Origin: Opitutales bacterium | GTDB taxonomy: Bacteria; Verrucomicrobiota; Verrucomicrobiia; Opitutales; PNEW01 | DNA length: 32,000 nucleotides | Assembly (NCBI GenBank): GCA_965219535.1 | Contig: CBDCNV010000001.1 | Span: 690,001-722,000, forward strand | Direction of reading: 5' to 3' | Shown here: one piece after another, positions 26,859-32,000 of the stretch | Layout of the letters: each line of letters begins with the position of its first letter | Numbering within the stretch: the first letter of the stretch is position 1 | The notes under the pieces: model-generated | What the model was told of the DNA's origin: nothing | What the model saw: the letters and a program-made list of their open reading frames with translations, nothing else | The model's database searches: none | Position numbers and translations under genes: made by a program

Positions 26859-27611
26859 TCATCTGGCGAGTAATGACTGGTAGCGCTCATCCTTGAATAA
26901 AGCCTTGTTGAGCGTTTCATTTTTGCAGGTAACATCTTCCGTTACCCAATGCGTCGCATAAGCGCGCCGCCAGCGGTTCGAGTGGTTCCGGTGCGAACTG
27001 TGCAATGTTTGGCTGTGATGAAAAACGACACCACCTTTGTGCACCGGGGCGAGTTCCTCATTATTCATTTCGATGCGATCATCGGGGGGAATGAGGTTGT
27101 GCGGCTCGGCCTCTGATTGCGGATAGTGGGGAATAATACCTTCTTTGTGTGATCCGCTGATATACCGCAGGCAACCATTTTCCTCGTCGACGTCATCGAG
27201 AGCAATCCACGCGGTAATAACATGATCAGCGGGGAAACATTGGAAATAAAAGTCGTCTTGATGATAAGGTTTGGGTCCCCCGTGATGGGGCGGCTTCATG
27301 AATACCTGGTCCGTTAAAAGTAGCGGGGTATTACCGATAAACTCTTCGGTTACACTGCTAAATCGGTCATTGAGTACAAATTCCTGAAAAGCAGGGTGCT
27401 TAAAAAAGGGATCCATAATTTTACGCGGGATAATTTCCCCGCTTTCCAACCGTTGGCCAGCCATTAGGGGCACATGAGTTTGTTTCAGATCTTCTTCAAT
27501 TACATCCGTAGCGATCTCTGCAATTTTATCTATCGTATCTGTATTGAAAACTCCCTCAACGACAACCCAGCCTTTATCGTGAAAAAGTTTCATCTGCTCT
27601 GGTGTTACCAT
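26859..27611 (-). CDS. phytanoyl-CoA dioxygenase (PhyH) family Fe(II)/2-oxoglutarate oxygenase
   Basis: 250-aa ORF: MVTPEQMKLFHDKGWVVVEGVF, the H-x-D triad element PYHQDDFYF, and a distal HHSQTLHSSHRN. Confidence 0.8.
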   Translation of the reverse strand: MVTPEQMKLFHDKGWVVVEGVFNTDTIDKIAEIATDVIEEDLKQTHVPLMAGQRLESGEIIPRKIMDPFFKHPAFQEFVLNDRFSSVTEEFIGNTPLLLTDQVFMKPPHHGGPKPYHQDDFYFQCFPADHVITAWIALDDVDEENGCLRYISGSHKEGIIPHYPQSEAEPHNLIPPDDRIEMNNEELAPVHKGGVVFHHSQTLHSSHRNHSNRWRRAYATHWVTEDVTCKNETLNKALFKDERYQSLLAR

Positions 27612-27704
27612 GATTTTATTAATAGATTATGGGATTATTTCGATACCTATATCTATTCTGCCCTTAACATTCCGTCAAGTCATTGAAGAAGCAGGCATGG
27701 TGTT

Positions 27705-28664
27705 CTATTGCCCGATAGCGATTCCCCAGGGACCTTCCCCTGTGGGGACAGTGGCGATAACTTTTTCCAATACCGTGTCGATGACGGATACATCATTGGA
27801 TACTCCGTTTGCGGTGTAGAGTTTCTTCCCATCTGGCGTCAGGGCTAATCCCCAAACTCTCATTCCCACCGGTATATAGCTTGTTACCGTGTTTGTCGCA
27901 GCATCGATCACCGCAACGAGATTTGCCCACCCAGTAGCAACATAAACGCGTTTACCATCGGGGCTGACGACTACACCCATTGGTTTAATTGGTTTATCCC
28001 CGTGCTCCAGCTTTATTGAGTCGATCACTTTATTGGCTTTGGTATCTATCACCGATACAATGCCGCCGATTTCAGACGTGACATAGGCGCGTTTACCATC
28101 CGGTGCAAAAGCCGCCGCCCGTGGTCTGCTATCTACGAGAATGGTTGAAACAATTGCTAATGCTGTCGCGTCGATAACCGATACGGTATGTGTGGTCTCA
28201 GCTGTTACATAAACAGTCTTACCATCCGGGCTTACCGCGACGCCTTCCGGCTCTATCCCCACGGGGATTACGGCCAATATCTCATGTGTTTGCGTATCAA
28301 TTATTGAGGCCGTATTCGCGTCTTCATTTGACACATAAAGCCTCTTCCCATCCGGACTTATCGCAAATGCTTCTGGGTCTGATCCTGATGAAATACCGCC
28401 AATCTGTTTTCCGCTTTTTGTGTCGACAACACCGATTGCATCATCACGGCCCAGTGCGAGGTAGAGTATGCTATCATCGGGACTGAGACCGATACCCCGC
28501 GGCCTGGCCCCTACAGCTATCGTGTCAACCACTTCATCGGTTGCGGTATCGATGACCGTTACGCTATTGGATCGTTCATTGCTCACGTAAGCGAGTGGTC
28601 TCGCTGTCAAATCGGGCAACAAGGTTAAATAGGCTAAAGCAATAGTGATGATTATATATTTCAT
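27705..28664 (-). CDS. YVTN-repeat beta-propeller protein, PQQ-dependent catabolism-associated type
   Basis: Repeated units of the form YV(T/S)N...S(V/I)IDT...V...I.VG..P.G(I/V)A(L/V)SPDGK. I prefer ATG 28664 (MKYIIITIALAYLTLLPDLTA, a signal peptide) over the ORF-track TTG at 28709. Confidence 0.8.
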   Translation of the reverse strand: MKYIIITIALAYLTLLPDLTARPLAYVSNERSNSVTVIDTATDEVVDTIAVGARPRGIGLSPDDSILYLALGRDDAIGVVDTKSGKQIGGISSGSDPEAFAISPDGKRLYVSNEDANTASIIDTQTHEILAVIPVGIEPEGVAVSPDGKTVYVTAETTHTVSVIDATALAIVSTILVDSRPRAAAFAPDGKRAYVTSEIGGIVSVIDTKANKVIDSIKLEHGDKPIKPMGVVVSPDGKRVYVATGWANLVAVIDAATNTVTSYIPVGMRVWGLALTPDGKKLYTANGVSNDVSVIDTVLEKVIATVPTGEGPWGIAIGQ

Positions 28665-28695
28665 AAGGTTACTGATTAAAAAGAGTAAAACATTC

Positions 28696-29949
28696 TTATA
28701 AAGGTTCAAGTTGACATTGGCATTCAGAATGGGGAACCCCCAATTCTTCTAAAGTATTACCCTCGACCTTTATTCCGGGTAATGGCACTGGCGTTATAAC
28801 TTTTAAAATGTCCCATTCACGTTTGCCTGGTTCCGTCCGGGGAGTGACAAGGTGCAGAGGTTTTTTAAGTTGATGGTCCCGAATTCTAAAGATCAAAGCG
28901 CTTCCCTTATGCCCGTCAAATGGCGGTTTGCTTTCCAGGAACTCGATTATCTTTTTCCCCTCTGTGCTCTTTGATCTGATAACCACTTCGCCAATGAATT
29001 TGACGGCCGCCCAATTCGCCCAGGCGGCACTATCCATCGGTTTATTATATTTATTGAAAAATCGGTTGTTGAGCTCACGCGCGCTGTAACGGAATAGTTC
29101 ATGATACCAAATCGTCGGCCAGATTCCTGTTAAGTCCTTCGTTTCATTCTTCCAAAGTTGAACAATATCCATGTAGGCACCGACAACTTGCATGGGGAGG
29201 CCGCGTTTTTTATACTGCTTTAAAAAATTTATCTGGTCATCGCTATTCAGTATGACGAATATCGCATCAGGATTGGCGCGTTTAATCTTATTTAAGAGGG
29301 AGTGATAAGTCGATTTATCAGCTGATACAATCTTATGTCCTATTTCCTCCCCATTTTCTTTCTTTAAAAAATTCTTTGCTTGTTCATAAATATTTATATT
29401 GGCAGGGGAATCATCAGTTAGGAAATACCACCGCGTGAGATTTTCCTTATGGATTAACCAATTCCCGATAGCGCTTACGTAGATTGCGGCACTGGCTTCG
29501 ATGTGAAAAGTATAGCGATGGCAGTCTACACCCCTTAAACTGTCTGCCTTTGAAGCAGTGTTGAAGAAGGGTACTCCATGCATTTGTGTTAACTCACTGA
29601 TCAATCGTGATGACTCATCGTCAAGGTTACCGACAATGGCGACCACATTATCTTCCTGAATTAATTTCAGCGCCTTTTGCGGGGCCATTTTTGAATGAGT
29701 ATAACTTTCACTGATGAGGATGAATTGCTTACCAAAGAATCCCGCCAGAACATTGTTTTCTTCGAGTGCGAGACGAGCGCCCATAACGGCGTATTCACTC
29801 TTATCATTAAATGAGCCGCTTTGGGATAACAAATGCCCAATCTTGATCGGCATTGCTTCATCTGGAGTATGAGAACTGCCGAAGACGAATATATTTCCTA
29901 AAAAAAGAAATGTTATAATGCAAACAAGGTTAAAACTTTTCCCTCGCAT
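28696..29949 (-). CDS. periplasmic substrate-binding protein (LivK/type-I PBP fold), of the kind linked to PQQ-dehydrogenase systems
   Basis: 417-aa ORF with a signal peptide (MRGKSFNLVCIITFLFLGNIFVFG). It has a type-I PBP-like layout and a GGAGGA Shine-Dalgarno sequence upstream. Assignment rests mainly on position next to xoxG and the beta-propeller gene. Confidence 0.6.
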   Translation of the reverse strand: MRGKSFNLVCIITFLFLGNIFVFGSSHTPDEAMPIKIGHLLSQSGSFNDKSEYAVMGARLALEENNVLAGFFGKQFILISESYTHSKMAPQKALKLIQEDNVVAIVGNLDDESSRLISELTQMHGVPFFNTASKADSLRGVDCHRYTFHIEASAAIYVSAIGNWLIHKENLTRWYFLTDDSPANINIYEQAKNFLKKENGEEIGHKIVSADKSTYHSLLNKIKRANPDAIFVILNSDDQINFLKQYKKRGLPMQVVGAYMDIVQLWKNETKDLTGIWPTIWYHELFRYSARELNNRFFNKYNKPMDSAAWANWAAVKFIGEVVIRSKSTEGKKIIEFLESKPPFDGHKGSALIFRIRDHQLKKPLHLVTPRTEPGKREWDILKVITPVPLPGIKVEGNTLEELGVPHSECQCQLEPL

Positions 29950-30051
29950 TACTCACGATCCTCCTGATGCCCCGAATTCATTTTATTGAGAATAAAAGAG
30001 CGTATGATAATCACCAATGGGTATGAATATCCCGACACTTGAAATAGCAAA

Positions 30052-30612
30052 CTACTCGGTCGTTTCAGAAGGGACCTCCGCTGTCGCCGCTTCTTGATCT
30101 TCAAAGGCTGAAATAGACTCAGGTGTAGGAAAGGGTGCGGTGGGCCAATCCTGTGGCGGTACCCAGGGAGACTCATTTTCCCCAATTTCGTCAGGTCTCC
30201 CTGGAGGTAGTATACCATCGGCTCTCGCCTTGGTGTAAATATAGAGATCGGTAATTTGTTTATCATCGAGCAGGACATTCCATGCCTGCATCCCTTTTTT
30301 CGGTCTTCCTTCTCGAACGGTATGGAGGTATTCCTCGTAACTTAAAACCTTGATGGAATCCCTCAGATTGACCGCTATTGTGCTTCCAAGCGCATCGAGC
30401 CCGTGACAGCGGTAACAATAAACATGCCACCATTTCCAACCACTGTAGATGCGCTTATATACTTCATCAGGTGCGGGCATAGTGGCATTATTCGCAGCAT
30501 CCTTATCTTGAGCGAAAGCAATCCCCGCCCATAGAGCAGATGTAATGTAAATTAATCCGCACACTGGGATCCACCTTGTATAGCTGTTACCGCTTTTGAC
30601 CTTAAATGCCAT
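30052..30612 (-). CDS. xoxG: c-type cytochrome associated with PQQ methanol/alcohol dehydrogenase (XoxG-like)
   Basis: 186-aa ORF with a signal/anchor segment and a single heme motif CYRCH within GWKWWHVYCYRCHG. GMQAW supplies a candidate axial Met. It has its own SD (GAAGGGG) 20 nt after the xoxJ stop. Confidence 0.75.
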   Translation of the reverse strand: MAFKVKSGNSYTRWIPVCGLIYITSALWAGIAFAQDKDAANNATMPAPDEVYKRIYSGWKWWHVYCYRCHGLDALGSTIAVNLRDSIKVLSYEEYLHTVREGRPKKGMQAWNVLLDDKQITDLYIYTKARADGILPPGRPDEIGENESPWVPPQDWPTAPFPTPESISAFEDQEAATAEVPSETTE

Positions 30613-30632
30613 CGCTCGGCCCCTTCAGCTTT

Positions 30633-31457
30633 TTAGTTAATCGGGATAAGCGGTACTCCATAATCTTCCAGGATCTTTTTAATTTCAACGTGCTTTCTTA
30701 CCAGGATCTCTTCCAATTGTGCTTTGAACACATGTTCTCCATGTCTGACCCCCATGCATATCTCATACGTGAATGGCAGATCATTTTCACCTGATGGAAC
30801 AGGGACTATCTTTAGTGGTGTCTTTTGTGCCTTGGCAAAATATCCACCAATCGGCCCCCATACGACGGCGACATCAATATCCCCTTTTACCACCGCATCA
30901 ATTATCGTGCTTGGAGGGTTGTTTTCAGAGTAAAAGGTATCATACCCGACCACATTTTCTACTATTCCTCTTCGCCCTAATTCATGAACTGGAGGTGGAT
31001 TCATGTAGTCGTTGCCTAGTAAATGGACGCCGATTTTTAAATCCTTCAGAATGGGGTCATCCAAGGTATTAATCTCATATCCTTTGCCTTCAGGATATAC
31101 AAATACGTAGCTCGATCGGTAGTAAGGCTTAGTCCAGCTGACCAAATCATAACCTTTGGGTACTCCCATCACGACGTCGCATCGCGCTTCCTTGAGTGTG
31201 GCCTTCATCGTGTTCCTGATGAAACCTCTTCTTTGTCCCCACCAGACATAACTGGGGGTGGTTCCCAGTTCTTTAGCTATTAAATCCGCAATCTTATTCT
31301 CAAAGCCTTCTAATTGTTTGTTAGACAATGGGAAGTTCATAGAGTCTGCGCCAACTCTAAACGAGACAACTTCATCGCTACTCAGGGTATTGGCCGGTAT
31401 TAAAATAGGGTAGAAGAGAAGGATTAACGCGCTAATACTGAAAATTCTAATAACCAT
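30633..31457 (-). CDS. xoxJ: MxaJ/XoxJ-like periplasmic binding protein (quinoprotein dehydrogenase-associated)
   Basis: 274-aa ORF with a signal peptide and a type-II PBP-like sequence (FRVGADSMNFPLSN ... WGPIGGYFAK). It sits between the dehydrogenase and cytochrome genes, as in xoxFJG/mxaFJG operons. Confidence 0.75.
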   Translation of the reverse strand: MVIRIFSISALILLFYPILIPANTLSSDEVVSFRVGADSMNFPLSNKQLEGFENKIADLIAKELGTTPSYVWWGQRRGFIRNTMKATLKEARCDVVMGVPKGYDLVSWTKPYYRSSYVFVYPEGKGYEINTLDDPILKDLKIGVHLLGNDYMNPPPVHELGRRGIVENVVGYDTFYSENNPPSTIIDAVVKGDIDVAVVWGPIGGYFAKAQKTPLKIVPVPSGENDLPFTYEICMGVRHGEHVFKAQLEEILVRKHVEIKKILEDYGVPLIPIN

Positions 31458-31666
31458 ATTTTTGCCCTGTGAATTTAAAATTGGATAATAAAGATGCGAT
31501 ATTTTAAAAATATTGTTTCGTTAAATGTAACAGAAATTTATCCCCACTTACACAAATTGCAATTCATGTAAGATAGGTCCTCTTCTTTTCGTAAAAAGAA
31601 GATATGTTGGAAGTTATAGGCTCTGATGGTTCGAAGTTTTTTCGAACCTCAATAATACCATTTCAC

Positions 31667-32000
31667 TTAAAGCGAAAATACAGTGAGAACACCGCCGAGG
31701 TTGCTGATACCTTCTACATCAGCGAACGCACCTAGTGCTCCAAGCCCTGCAGTGGGATCCTCACCACCTATTCCCGCGGCGGCTCCGATCCCAGCCCATC
31801 CGCCAACACCTGAGAGAATAGCTACATACTGCTTGCCGTTGCGTTTGTAGGTAATGGGATTTCCGATAATACCTGATGGCGTCTTATACTTCCACAAGAC
31901 TTTGCCTGTTTTGGCGTGGACTGCTTTAAACCAGCCTTCCATAGTTCCGTAGAATACGACGTCAGTAGCGGTTACAAGACTTCCGCCCCAGGCGGCCAAA
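31667..32000 (-). CDS. xoxF: PQQ-dependent methanol/ethanol-family dehydrogenase, C-terminal ~110 aa (5' part beyond the right edge)
   Basis: [68 protein letters not shown] ... GGVLTVFSL is the last propeller blade and C-terminus of MxaF/XoxF-type quinoproteins. No mxaI-like small-subunit gene follows the cytochrome gene, which favours the xoxF type. The diagnostic lanthanide-ligand region is outside the window. Confidence 0.75.
   Translation of the reverse strand, partial: LAAWGGSLVTATDVVFYGTMEGWFKAVHAKTGKVLWKYKTPSGIIGNPITYKRNGKQYVAILSGVGGWAGIGAAAGIGGEDPTAGLGALGAFADVEGISNLGGVLTVFSL

Noticed and set aside
29949-30278. A 109-aa minus-strand ORF overlapping xoxG.
   Set aside because: It is out of frame with a well-supported cytochrome c gene. 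Its basic, low-complexity translation has no motifs, and it would start inside xoxG.
31628-31648. GGTTCGAA string resembling a tRNA T-arm.
   Set aside because: It is part of a simple self-complementary hairpin. No acceptor, D or anticodon arms can be drawn around it.
1-32000. Search for CRISPR arrays, tRNA/rRNA genes, prophage or defence-island signatures, and toxin-antitoxin pairs.
   Set aside because: I saw no regularly spaced direct repeats, no RNA-gene hallmarks, and no nuclease, ATPase or phage-structural ORFs. All large ORFs have ordinary metabolic, glycan-synthesis or IS assignments.

Overview
The window reads as a bacterial chromosome in three blocks.

(1) 1-5265 holds housekeeping genes: a partial beta-lactamase-family serine hydrolase, the acetolactate synthase large subunit (ilvB), a YmdB-type metallophosphoesterase and glycogen synthase (glgA).

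(2) 5660-20978 is a ~15-kb surface-polysaccharide (EPS/O-antigen-type) locus. It consists mostly of glycosyltransferases, plus a Gfo/Idh/MocA oxidoreductase, an SDR epimerase/dehydratase and a WcaF-like acetyltransferase. The locus is visibly eroding:
- Two near-identical IS3-family elements (1345 and 1318 bp) lie in inverted orientation around a 7.5-kb six-gene segment. Neither has a target-site duplication.
- Three genes end or begin at IS termini.
- A WecB/TagA-family gene is frameshifted at a G5 run.
- A two-domain GT2 gene carries an in-frame TAA.
- Both IS copies carry an in-frame TGA in orfB, and one copy has an extra 27-nt in-frame insertion in orfA that contains a stop codon.

(3) 20982-32000 holds housekeeping genes: a TRAM RNA methyltransferase, a lipoate/biotin ligase-family protein, hisC, a CNNM/CorC transporter, Sua5/TsaC, rpsR and a PhyH dioxygenase. 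These are followed by a PQQ-dehydrogenase gene set: the xoxF 3' end, xoxJ, xoxG, a periplasmic binding protein and a YVTN beta-propeller.

I saw no rRNA, tRNA, CRISPR array, prophage, toxin-antitoxin pair or recognisable defence genes. I did not find convincing evidence for a wholly new multi-gene system. The most unusual signals are the IS-bracketed, multiply disrupted glycan locus and the stop-bearing in-frame insertions inside the IS. Smaller candidates are a leader upstream of ilvB, an orphan terminator, and intercistronic hairpins. All homology statements come from motif recognition by eye; no database search was run.
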